Assembly: GCA_045568075.1 (NCBI GenBank)
Contig: JBJLBP010000001.1
Location: 540,001-572,000, forward strand
Direction: 5' to 3'
DNA: 32,000 bases
Source: Candidatus Thalassarchaeaceae archaeon
Lineage (GTDB): Archaea; Thermoplasmatota; Poseidoniia; Poseidoniales; Thalassarchaeaceae
Under the pieces are notes generated by a model. That model did no database searches, had not been told where the DNA came from, and was given only the letters and a program-made list of their open reading frames with translations. Shown one piece after another: positions 17,295 to 25,639 of the stretch. Made by a program: the position numbers and the translations under genes. Numbering within the stretch: position 1 is the stretch's first letter; every line of letters begins with the position of its first letter.

Positions 17295-17702
17295 TCACAG
17301 GAGATTGTGGGCGAGGATACCCCCGATGTAGAGCCCAGAGACCAAACCGAAACCAATCCACATTCCGACCCGGAAGGGCGGGTAATTTTGTTCCCAAATT
17401 GTCCGACTCTGCGCCAACCAGATGAGAATGACAGGCACGAACCAGACAAAGAATGCAATCTGCGGCAAGAAAGCCACGAGCATCCCGACCCAGATGCCGG
17501 CGATCATCTCAGCCTTACGACCGGAGCCGGCATCTGGGAAGAAAGCGAATTGCACTCCTGCCATCAGCGTCAGCAAGAAGGGCGCAAGCAACGAACCTTC
17601 GACGAGGTCAGGGTGCTCAACCAGATACGGCAGGACCGCGGCTGCGATTCCGAGGGCCAGCGGGCCAATCATCAGTGACATGGGCATGGACTCCCACTTC
17701 AT
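17295..17702 (-). CDS. Small 4-TM membrane protein, unknown function
   Basis: 135-aa hydrophobic ORF, divergent from the dioxygenase operon across an 82-nt gap. Confidence 0.55.
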   Translation of the reverse strand: MKWESMPMSLMIGPLALGIAAAVLPYLVEHPDLVEGSLLAPFLLTLMAGVQFAFFPDAGSGRKAEMIAGIWVGMLVAFLPQIAFFVWFVPVILIWLAQSRTIWEQNYPPFRVGMWIGFGLVSGLYIGGILAHNLL

Positions 17703-17755
17703 GGCACTGCGGCAAAACTCCTACCAATGAAGGCTACTAAACCGACCACAAGGTT

Positions 17756-17767
17756 TTCTTTAGATTT
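17756..17767 (+). promoter_or_regulatory. TATA-like box (TTCTTTAGATTT) for the dioxygenase operon
   Basis: Centred about 24 nt upstream of ATG 17785. No SD is present, suggesting a leaderless first gene. Confidence 0.3.
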
Positions 17768-17784
17768 CAAGACCTCATCATTTC

Positions 17785-18690
17785 ATGGCGAAGGGTCAGA
17801 TTGTCGCAGGATGCCTCGCACCGCACCCTCCTCACCTTGTTTACGCGGATAACCCGCCCCAAAACGAGGCGTACTCGGAAGGCGGTTGGGAAACTCTCCG
17901 ATGGGGCTACCAACGCCTCGCACGCAAACTGAAAAACATCGAGTACGATGCTATTGTCATCTTCACTCCACATTGGCAAACCTACATCGGAACTCACTTT
18001 CTTGGCTTACCTCAATTCAAATCGAAGTCTGTCGATCCGGTATTCCCCAACCTATTCCGCTACAATTACGACCTCACAGTCGACGTCGACCTCGCCCAAG
18101 CGATGCACGACGAGGCTCATGCGCAGGGTATTATCACCAAGATGATGACCAACCCGGATTTCCGAGTCGACTATGGCACGATTACCAGTTGTCACCTACT
18201 TAATCCAGAATGGGACAAGCCAATCGTGACGATTTCCAGTAATCGAAACACGCATTATTACTCGCCAGAAGTCATGGTTGAGCAGGCGACCGCGCTTGGC
18301 CGCGCCTGTGCAAAAGCCATCGAAGAGAGCGGCAAGCGCGTCGTGCTCGTGGCGAGCCATTCACTTTCTCACAGACACTTCGTGGAGGAAGCACCCCTGC
18401 CCGAGGACATGAGCCGTGAACATATCTACAACCATAGTCAGTACGTTTGGGACATGAAAATTATCGATATGATGCGCGAGGGTAAGAGTCGCGAAGTCAT
18501 CGATATCATGCCAGAATTCACCGAGCAAACAATGGCAGAAACCGAGGGCGGTGGCCTCATTTGGATGCTCGGAGCTATGGGTTATCCTAAATTTCCTGCT
18601 GAAATTTATGGCTATCAATCGGTCATCGGAACAGGCAATGTAGTCGCTTGCTGGGACCCGAATGACGAGACGCGGGAGCACGTCCTTTGA
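17785..18690 (+). CDS. LigB-family (class III) extradiol ring-cleavage dioxygenase, catalytic-type subunit (AmnB-like)
   Basis: LAPHPPHLV N-terminus, FTPHW, FRVDYGTIT and ASHSLSHRHF motifs. Histidines are present at the positions expected for the LigB-fold metal ligands and general base. Confidence 0.8.
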   Translation: MAKGQIVAGCLAPHPPHLVYADNPPQNEAYSEGGWETLRWGYQRLARKLKNIEYDAIVIFTPHWQTYIGTHFLGLPQFKSKSVDPVFPNLFRYNYDLTVDVDLAQAMHDEAHAQGIITKMMTNPDFRVDYGTITSCHLLNPEWDKPIVTISSNRNTHYYSPEVMVEQATALGRACAKAIEESGKRVVLVASHSLSHRHFVEEAPLPEDMSREHIYNHSQYVWDMKIIDMMREGKSREVIDIMPEFTEQTMAETEGGGLIWMLGAMGYPKFPAEIYGYQSVIGTGNVVACWDPNDETREHVL

Positions 18691-18699
18691 GGTGATCTG

Positions 18700-19635
18700 A
18701 TGAGTGAGACAAACGAACCTGAGATTATCTTCGGCGTTTACTGCCCTCCACACCCTCAACCACTTCTTTCTCCGGATGCAAACGCCGGGTATGCCAAATT
18801 GAGAGCTGCTTTCGATGAATGCCGCCGCCGTATCGAAGAAAGCGATGCAGACATCATTCTGGTTTATTCTACAACTTGGGCGAGCATCATTGGGCATCAA
18901 ATTCAGGCACTAGAGAATGCGGTTTGGACGCATGTTGACGATGATTTCCATTATCTAGGCAGTATGCCATACAATTTTGCGATTGATACTGAGTTCGCCC
19001 ACGCGATGAAGGAGAATTCCGAGAAGCGTGGGCTGGAAGCACGAACCGTCGAATACGAAGGATTCCCCATCGATACCGGTTCAGTGGTCGCTTTGCAGTT
19101 GTTGAATCCGGATAATCGGATCCCTTCTTGCATTCTCTCAAGCAATATGTACTCAAATCGTGCTGAGACTATTGTTCTGGGTAAGGCGGTACGTGACACT
19201 CTAGCGCAACAGGGCAAGAAAGCAGTAGTCGTGGTAGTTTCGAGTCTGTCGAATCGGATGTTTACAGAGCATATCGATCCGGCCGAGGATCGAATTCATT
19301 CACAGAAGGATGATGATTGGAATCGCAAGATCCTCGAATTCTTCGGAGATGGTCGACTTGAAGATTTGAGCCAGTTGAGTCGAGATATTCATGGCCAGAT
19401 TCGAGTTCAGAAAGTCGTTGCCTACAAACCGGCTTGGTGGCTAGCAGCAACGATGGGTCAGCACAATAATTACGACGGAGAAGTGCTGGCCTACGAAGCA
19501 CTTCACGGAAGCGGAGGAGCGGTCATCACACTGACGCCGGCGAGCGGTTCGGTAGGTGACAAGGAATTCGATGAGGACGACGTGGAGTTTTACCGCGGCG
19601 ACCGGAACGTGCTCGATAGAGGGATGTTGGAATGA
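18700..19635 (+). CDS. LigB-family paralog lacking the catalytic histidines (non-catalytic alpha-type subunit, AmnA-like)
   Basis: Aligns with the upstream protein: CPPHPQPLL versus APHPPHLV; YSTTW versus FTPHW; VSSLSNRMF versus ASHSLSHRHF. GAGGTGAT SD lies 3 nt upstream of ATG 18700. Confidence 0.75.
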   Translation: MSETNEPEIIFGVYCPPHPQPLLSPDANAGYAKLRAAFDECRRRIEESDADIILVYSTTWASIIGHQIQALENAVWTHVDDDFHYLGSMPYNFAIDTEFAHAMKENSEKRGLEARTVEYEGFPIDTGSVVALQLLNPDNRIPSCILSSNMYSNRAETIVLGKAVRDTLAQQGKKAVVVVVSSLSNRMFTEHIDPAEDRIHSQKDDDWNRKILEFFGDGRLEDLSQLSRDIHGQIRVQKVVAYKPAWWLAATMGQHNNYDGEVLAYEALHGSGGAVITLTPASGSVGDKEFDEDDVEFYRGDRNVLDRGMLE

Positions 19636-20318
19636 GTAAGGGCGATGCCGATTCTACAGTCGATTCGGATGTTGATTCCGAGGATGATGGCTCGGCCTTC
19701 ATGCACCGTCTTGAGATGATTCGCGACCTCATCGAGGCACCTGATGAAGCAATCGAAGCCCTCTACGATCAATATGGGAAATCGATGGTTTACACCGCAG
19801 GTGGAGCGATGGGTGCCGCCGCCGGAGTTGCTGTCGGTGGTCCCGTAGGCGGCCTAGTCGGCGGCGTTGTCGGCAAGAAGACGGCTGGAAAATTCACCAA
19901 TCAGGACGGTCCTATTTTTTCCGAGAATGCTCCAAGTGCCGTGGGAGCATATCCACACGCTCACCGAGTTGGAAATCTGATTTTTGTTAGTGGAATCGGA
20001 CCGCGTCAAGCGGTGACTGATGAAATTCCTGGCGGGCCGATTCGTGACGCGGATGGAAATCCACTGGATTATGACATCCGCGCTCAAACCCGAGCCGTCA
20101 TCGAGAATATCAAGACAATTCTCGAAGATGCCGGAACATCTCTCGACAAGGTTGTCGATTGCCTCTCATTCCTTGTCGATATGGATCGTGATTTCGCGGG
20201 ATATAACGAGGTCTACGCTGAGTATTTTTCAGACATCCAATGCGCCCGCACGACGGTAGCTGTGCGAGCCATGCCAACACCAATCGCTGTTGAGCTCAAG
20301 GTCATCGCCAAAATATGA
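19632..20318 (+). CDS. RidA/YjgF-family (Endoribonuclease L-PSP fold) enamine/imine deaminase with an N-terminal acidic plus glycine-zipper extension
   Basis: C-terminal 135 aa: APSAVGAYPHAHRVGNLIFVSG...IRAQTRAVIENIKTILEDAGTSLDKVV...ARTTVAV...VELKVIA. ATGA start/stop overlap with the upstream gene at 19632-19635. Confidence 0.8.
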   Translation: MSKGDADSTVDSDVDSEDDGSAFMHRLEMIRDLIEAPDEAIEALYDQYGKSMVYTAGGAMGAAAGVAVGGPVGGLVGGVVGKKTAGKFTNQDGPIFSENAPSAVGAYPHAHRVGNLIFVSGIGPRQAVTDEIPGGPIRDADGNPLDYDIRAQTRAVIENIKTILEDAGTSLDKVVDCLSFLVDMDRDFAGYNEVYAEYFSDIQCARTTVAVRAMPTPIAVELKVIAKI

Positions 20319-20336
20319 TGGCCACTCATTAGCGGC

Positions 20337-21356
20337 TCAGCCTAACGATTCCACGCGCTCAGCAGTACAACCTGGCGGTGCAGTGATGGGATTGCAAGCC
20401 ACTGTACCACCCGGCACTACGACCCAATAATCGATGCCATCGACAGGTGCCGGATAATCCGTCGAAATCGAATGGGCGCCAACAGCAAACGCAGCATCCC
20501 TCCGCGCCGTCTGATTATCATCAGCCTCTCCATCCTCGGCATTGTCCGCTCGAGACCTTACGATGTAACCCTCCTCAACCAGCCGCGTAATCTCGTCACC
20601 CATGCCGATAGGATCGGTCTCAGAGTAAATCGCTGCCGTCTCACTAGCCTCATCATTCATTGTGAACATCAGTGAGCCATTCAGTCCTGGAAATGCCTCC
20701 GTATAGGCATCTCTCACATCATCCTCTGCGAGCAGGATGAACATCGCTTTGCCACGAGATTCTTCCAAAAGAGGCCAGCCGATTGTGGTCACAGCCTCGC
20801 GTAACGTCGCAGCCTCACCACGAACATCGTCCGGTGCAATCGTCTTTTCTCGCGGCCACCATTCGGCTATTTCCTCCTCGATTTTTTCAAGCATTTCTTG
20901 TAACTCAAGGACTGCGTCACTATCGGTACTAGATCTCACCCATTCCTTTGGCTCCACCCAAATCATCAGAGGCACGTGTTCGGCATTTGCCTCCGACCAA
21001 GTGAGCAGGGTGGTCAGACATTCCTCAAAAGTGGCGCAATTACTACGGAAATCGTACTGATTATGGTAGACGTACAACTGCCCTCGCGGATCCCACCAGA
21101 CATCCAACTCAAACTGCCTTACTCCGAAACTCTCGGCCTGAACATCCAATGGCTCATGAGTGTAATCATAGGCTCGAATGGTCGGCCCGAACGGTTTGAT
21201 GTGGTAGGAATTGTGCGTGCCGAGGACTTGGACATGATTGATTCTGAGTGGTTCCGGCTCGCTTGAATTGTCACCACCACCGGGTAACATCTCGAAGCAG
21301 CCGGCGAGTGGTGTTGCCAGCATCAAGAAGCACAGGGCTAGTGCGGTCGACCTCAT
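20337..21356 (-). CDS. Secreted lipoprotein with PLC-like phosphodiesterase (PI-PLC X-domain-like TIM barrel) domain
   Basis: Signal peptide with lipobox LAGC (MRSTALALCFLMLATPLAGC). VLGTHNSYH catalytic-type motif. Confidence 0.6.
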   Translation of the reverse strand: MRSTALALCFLMLATPLAGCFEMLPGGGDNSSEPEPLRINHVQVLGTHNSYHIKPFGPTIRAYDYTHEPLDVQAESFGVRQFELDVWWDPRGQLYVYHNQYDFRSNCATFEECLTTLLTWSEANAEHVPLMIWVEPKEWVRSSTDSDAVLELQEMLEKIEEEIAEWWPREKTIAPDDVRGEAATLREAVTTIGWPLLEESRGKAMFILLAEDDVRDAYTEAFPGLNGSLMFTMNDEASETAAIYSETDPIGMGDEITRLVEEGYIVRSRADNAEDGEADDNQTARRDAAFAVGAHSISTDYPAPVDGIDYWVVVPGGTVACNPITAPPGCTAERVESLG

Positions 21357-21418
21357 CCTCGCTCGTTCCAGCCGAGGCGATGGCGATGAATCGTTCGCAA
21401 GAGAACCTGGATTCTGGC

Positions 21419-21910
21419 TCAGTGGTGGTGTCCGCCGGGGCCGTGGACGTGGCCGTGGGAAATCTCCTCGGCAACGGCGGCGCGGACATCGATGACTTCG
21501 ACGCTGAATCGTAGAGTCTTTCCAGCCATCTGATGGTTGAAATCCACAGTCACTATATCGTCTGAAATGTCTGTTATGGTAAACGGCATTTGTTGACCTT
21601 GCTCGGTCTGTGCTGCACCCATTACTCCAACCTCAAGAGGCATTTCTGGAGGAAATTGGTTTCGAGGAACTTGCTGGATTGCTCCGTCATCCTTCTCGCC
21701 GTATGCTCGATCTGGTGTTAGAGTAAATTCCCTCTTTTCACCAACTGCTGCTCCCATCATCTCTTCTTCGAATCCGGGTATCATTTGGTTGTGCCCAACT
21801 AGGAATACTAGAGGGTCCCTATCTTTGCTGCTGTCGAATACTTCTCCGTCGGGGAAGGTACCTGTGTAGTGCACCGCCGCGACCATGTCCTTGTCAATGA
21901 CTGCTGTCAT
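21419..21910 (-). CDS. slyD: SlyD-type FKBP peptidyl-prolyl isomerase with IF (insert-in-flap) domain and His-rich tail
   Basis: VHYTGTFPDGEVFDSS...LVFLVGHNQMIPGFEEEMMG...FNHQMAGKTLRFSVEVIDV, with C-terminal HGHVHGPGGHHH. Confidence 0.85.
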   Translation of the reverse strand: MTAVIDKDMVAAVHYTGTFPDGEVFDSSKDRDPLVFLVGHNQMIPGFEEEMMGAAVGEKREFTLTPDRAYGEKDDGAIQQVPRNQFPPEMPLEVGVMGAAQTEQGQQMPFTITDISDDIVTVDFNHQMAGKTLRFSVEVIDVRAAVAEEISHGHVHGPGGHHH

Positions 21911-22003
21911 GGCCGGTTCGCGGCGAGCGTCCCTTCTAATTGTGTGGGTTCGAATAGTTTCTCCATTCGGCCCATAGTCGGTCTTAATTCAAGTCAATGT
22001 TTC

Positions 22004-22014
22004 ACAAATTATCC
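22004..22014 (+). promoter_or_regulatory. TATA-like box (ACAAATTATCC) upstream of the permease gene
   Basis: Lies 24-34 nt upstream of ATG 22038, in the divergent gap shared with slyD. Confidence 0.25.
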
Positions 22015-22037
22015 GAGGTAATGTTCAACATCAACTA

Positions 22038-23729
22038 ATGAATCGAAGGCGCATGACAATTAGAGGACCGACGGAACTTGCGGGTATAGTCCTCAAGTCA
22101 GATGCCGGAATGGATGGGACTCTAGAACGGAAACTCAATCTCAGCGCAGTTGTGATTATCTCACTATCTGCAATGCTTGGTTCTGGTCTCTTTGTTCTAC
22201 CTGCTCTAGCTATGCTTCAGATGGGTGGTGGAGATCAGCCGGTAGGAGGCGTATGGTTAGCTTACCTAGTGGCTGCCGTAATCGTATTGCCTGCTGCTAT
22301 TTCGAAATCTGAGTTGGCAACTGCAATGCCTACTTCTGGAGGATCCTATGTTTACGTTCAGAGAACATTTGGTCCGATGTTCGGAACTATATCTGGACTC
22401 GGTTTATGGGCGAACTTCATGCTGAAGTCCGCATTTGCGTTGATTGGCTTCAAAGCATATTTGTGGGTGATTGAAGATATTATTGGAATTAACATAGATA
22501 TCGAGATTGCTGCACTTGTACTTTTGGCACTAATTGTAGGAATCAATATCCTCGGTGTTAAGAGAATCAAGAAAGTACAGACTCCAATTGTGCTAATTTC
22601 TGTAACATATTTGCTAATGCTTTGTGCATATGCCCTTGCTACCATGGAAATGAATTGGGATAATGTGTTTTCTTGGGAAGCCTTTGGAAGTGATTGGGAA
22701 GCAGTAGCATCAACCGCCGCCTTTGTTTTCGTTTCTTATGCAGGAGTTACTAAGATAGCCGCAATTGGCGGTGAAATCAAAGATCCAAGTAGAAATATTC
22801 CTAACGGAATTTTACTATCTCTGTTGATCAGCGCCACTCTTTACGTTGTTGTGACTTTAGTTATGGCAGCTTCCATGGATCCTGCGTTATTCATGGATGC
22901 AAATCATGCTGGTCATGCAAGAGAAGACCCTGTTTTCCTATTCGCTGACGGAGTCGGCGGTAAGGAAATTGGTATCATTGCAGCCTTACTCTCTGTTTTG
23001 ACAATGACTTCGATGTCATTGGCAGGTATCATGGCGGCCTCAAGGTTCCCTTATGCAATGGCCAAGGATAAGCTACTTCCTTCCTTCCTTGAGAAAGTAC
23101 ATGAGGAGTATCAAACTCCTCATTGGGCAATAATTGGCACTGGTTTGTCTATGGCTGCAGCCATCACCTTTCTTCCAGTTCATGATGTAGCAGAATTGGC
23201 TTCAGGCTTCAAAATCATGATTTTCATTATCATCAATGCATGTGTGATAGTTCTACGCAGTGCATCACGGTCCCATTCGTGGTATGCTCCTGAATGGAAG
23301 TCGCCGGTATATCCATTAATCCAGATATTTGGAATAATTGGCGGTTTTGTTCTCCTATTCTTAATGGGGTCAAAGGCGCTAATTGGTGGAACTGCAGCAG
23401 TTGTACTCGGATTCATCATCTACAAGGGATATGGTGAGAAACATGCTGATCTAGAAATAACTCCATGGGAGACCTTTGGGTTGCAGTATAGTGACCCTAA
23501 GGAAGTTGAACAACGTCGTCGTCTTACTGCTTTCTATGCCGCAGATATCGATGGTAATGGTGAGTTAAACGCGGATCAATATCTTTCAGCTATGGATGCA
23601 CTAGGGTATTCAGAGGATAAAGAGAGTGAATTGCTAGTATACTTTGACGAAGCCGATGTTGATAGCAATGGTATCATCGATATCGAGGAATTCTTAGCCA
23701 GTGTTGATAGGCACGAGTCCTCAGATTAG
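22038..23729 (+). CDS. APC-superfamily amino-acid permease fused to a C-terminal EF-hand pair
   Basis: SAMLGSGLFVLPA and about 12 TM segments. The tail carries DIDGNGELNADQ (23544-23579) and DVDSNGIIDIEE (23655-23690) calcium-loop motifs. The start could lie further downstream (MDGTLERK). Confidence 0.8.
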   Translation: MNRRRMTIRGPTELAGIVLKSDAGMDGTLERKLNLSAVVIISLSAMLGSGLFVLPALAMLQMGGGDQPVGGVWLAYLVAAVIVLPAAISKSELATAMPTSGGSYVYVQRTFGPMFGTISGLGLWANFMLKSAFALIGFKAYLWVIEDIIGINIDIEIAALVLLALIVGINILGVKRIKKVQTPIVLISVTYLLMLCAYALATMEMNWDNVFSWEAFGSDWEAVASTAAFVFVSYAGVTKIAAIGGEIKDPSRNIPNGILLSLLISATLYVVVTLVMAASMDPALFMDANHAGHAREDPVFLFADGVGGKEIGIIAALLSVLTMTSMSLAGIMAASRFPYAMAKDKLLPSFLEKVHEEYQTPHWAIIGTGLSMAAAITFLPVHDVAELASGFKIMIFIIINACVIVLRSASRSHSWYAPEWKSPVYPLIQIFGIIGGFVLLFLMGSKALIGGTAAVVLGFIIYKGYGEKHADLEITPWETFGLQYSDPKEVEQRRRLTAFYAADIDGNGELNADQYLSAMDALGYSEDKESELLVYFDEADVDSNGIIDIEEFLASVDRHESSD

Positions 23730-23803
23730 CCATTCTAGGCCGAATTCCGTCGTCGGTTGATTGAAGGCAGCGACCACGCTCCCAACCCCCGAGGAGGCAT
23801 CCA

Positions 23804-24619
23804 ATGGCAATCGCGAGTCGAGCGAAGAAGGTCACTACTCACACCCTTCAGGAGATGAAGGAGGCAGGAGAGAAGATCACCATGCTGACCTCTTATGACT
23901 ACTCATTAGCTCGTCTTGTCGACAACGCTGGAATCGACGTCATCCTCGTGGGCGACTCCGCATCAAACGTCATGGCGGGCAACGAAACCACTCTACCAAT
24001 CACCCTTGACCACATGATTTACCATGCTCAATCCGTGGTAAACGGAGTCGATCGAGCTCTAGTGGTAGTAGACCTGCCATTCGGCAGTTACCAAGGAGAC
24101 TCAAAGACTGCTCTCGATAGTGCAATTCGCATCATGAAGGAATCTGGTGGTCACGCAGTCAAGCTCGAGGGCGGCGCAGAAGTAGCAGAATCCATTGAGC
24201 GAATAGTCAGCGCCGGCATCCCAGTCCAAGGACATCTTGGACTGACTCCACAATCAATCTACAAATTCGGTACGTATTCCGTCCGCGCTAAGGAGGAGTC
24301 TGAAGCCTCCAAACTCCTTGAGGACGCGAAGGCAATCGAAGCCGCAGGTTGCTTCTCGATTGTCTTCGAAAAAATCCCAGCCGCCCTCGCAGCCGAGGTC
24401 AGCGCTCAACTAACAGTCCCAACAATCGGTATAGGAGCAGGCCCGGATTGTGACGGCCAAGTTCTCGTCCTACACGACATGTTGGGCATAACCAAAGATT
24501 TCAGTCCACGATTCCTGCGCCGATACGCAGATCTCGGGGAATCCATCGACGGCGCTGTTAAGCAGTACATCACTGATGTTCGTAGCAAAGATTTCCCGAG
24601 CGAAGAAGAGTCGTATTGA
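23804..24619 (+). CDS. panB: 3-methyl-2-oxobutanoate hydroxymethyltransferase (ketopantoate hydroxymethyltransferase)
   Basis: [46 protein letters not shown], and VKLEGG. GAGGAGG SD lies 6 nt upstream. Confidence 0.9.
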   Translation: MAIASRAKKVTTHTLQEMKEAGEKITMLTSYDYSLARLVDNAGIDVILVGDSASNVMAGNETTLPITLDHMIYHAQSVVNGVDRALVVVDLPFGSYQGDSKTALDSAIRIMKESGGHAVKLEGGAEVAESIERIVSAGIPVQGHLGLTPQSIYKFGTYSVRAKEESEASKLLEDAKAIEAAGCFSIVFEKIPAALAAEVSAQLTVPTIGIGAGPDCDGQVLVLHDMLGITKDFSPRFLRRYADLGESIDGAVKQYITDVRSKDFPSEEESY

Positions 24620-24682
24620 GTCCTACGCTCGCGCACGAGGGAACCTTCAAGGACACCCGACTCAGAATGCTGAGGGACGGCC

Positions 24683-25639
24683 ATGAGCGAGATGTGGGTT
24701 GAGCGACATCGCCCGAGGACTGTAGCTGACATCAAAGGTCAGAAAGCGGTGGTCGATAGGCTAAGAGCGTACGCTGAGAAACGCACCTTTCCTCACCTCC
24801 TATTTGCGGGGCCTCCTGGCACTGGGAAGACGACTGCAGCGCTTGCACTCACTCGCGATGTATTCGGCGAGAGTTACCGAATGAATCTGCTTGAAATGAA
24901 CGCGAGTGACGAGCGCAAGCTCGAGTCGATTCGAACTAAGGTCAAGGGATTCGCCAAGACAGCCCCGGTTCCCGGGACTTCATTCAAAGTGATTTTTCTC
25001 GACGAAGCCGACGCCTTGACACCGGACGCTCAAGGCGCGCTTCGTCGAATAATGGAACAAAATTCTCAGACTTGTCGATTCATTCTATCTTGCAATTATT
25101 CATCGAAAATAATCGAAGCGATTCAATCACGCTGCGCCGTTTTCAGATTTCGCCCACTTGCCGGAGACCAAGTGGGCGAGATGATCAACAGTGTGGCGGC
25201 CTCAGAAGATATCTCTCTTGAGAAAGAGGCGTCCGATGCAATCGTCCACGTCAGTTTGGGCGACCTGCGAAAAGCGATTACTGCGCTACAGGTTGCTGCC
25301 TCGCTATCGTCGACAGTAACTCGCGACCTCATCTACGAGACGACCGCGACAGCCCCTCCAGAGGAGCTCCACGGCTATCTCCTAGCCTGCCGAGAAGACG
25401 GATTCCAGCCTGCGCGGCGCAGGCTCAAGGGCCTTCTCGACAAGTATGGGCTGGCAGGCACGGACATGGTTAACCAACTGCATCGAGGATTGGGTGATGT
25501 TGCCTTCCTCGATGAGAAGCAGAAGTTGGCAGTTACCGAGGCCATGGCTGAGACTGATTTCCGAATGGTCGAGGGTGGCGGTGAAGCTCTGCAACTCGAC
25601 GCGATGACTGCAACAATTTGCTCACTTCTCAAGAGTTAA
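24683..25639 (+). CDS. rfcS: Replication factor C small subunit
   Basis: WVERHRPRTVADI, Walker A GPPGTGKTT, Walker B/DEAD-like IFLDEADAL, SRC motif QSRCAVFRF. Confidence 0.9.
   Translation: MSEMWVERHRPRTVADIKGQKAVVDRLRAYAEKRTFPHLLFAGPPGTGKTTAALALTRDVFGESYRMNLLEMNASDERKLESIRTKVKGFAKTAPVPGTSFKVIFLDEADALTPDAQGALRRIMEQNSQTCRFILSCNYSSKIIEAIQSRCAVFRFRPLAGDQVGEMINSVAASEDISLEKEASDAIVHVSLGDLRKAITALQVAASLSSTVTRDLIYETTATAPPEELHGYLLACREDGFQPARRRLKGLLDKYGLAGTDMVNQLHRGLGDVAFLDEKQKLAVTEAMAETDFRMVEGGGEALQLDAMTATICSLLKS

Noticed and set aside
22021-22038. Five-codon uORF (ATG TTC AAC ATC AAC TAA) whose stop overlaps the permease ATG (TAATG).
   Set aside because: The TATA-like box at 22004-22014 would place the transcription start at or after this uORF. 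There is no SD, and it is too short to evaluate.
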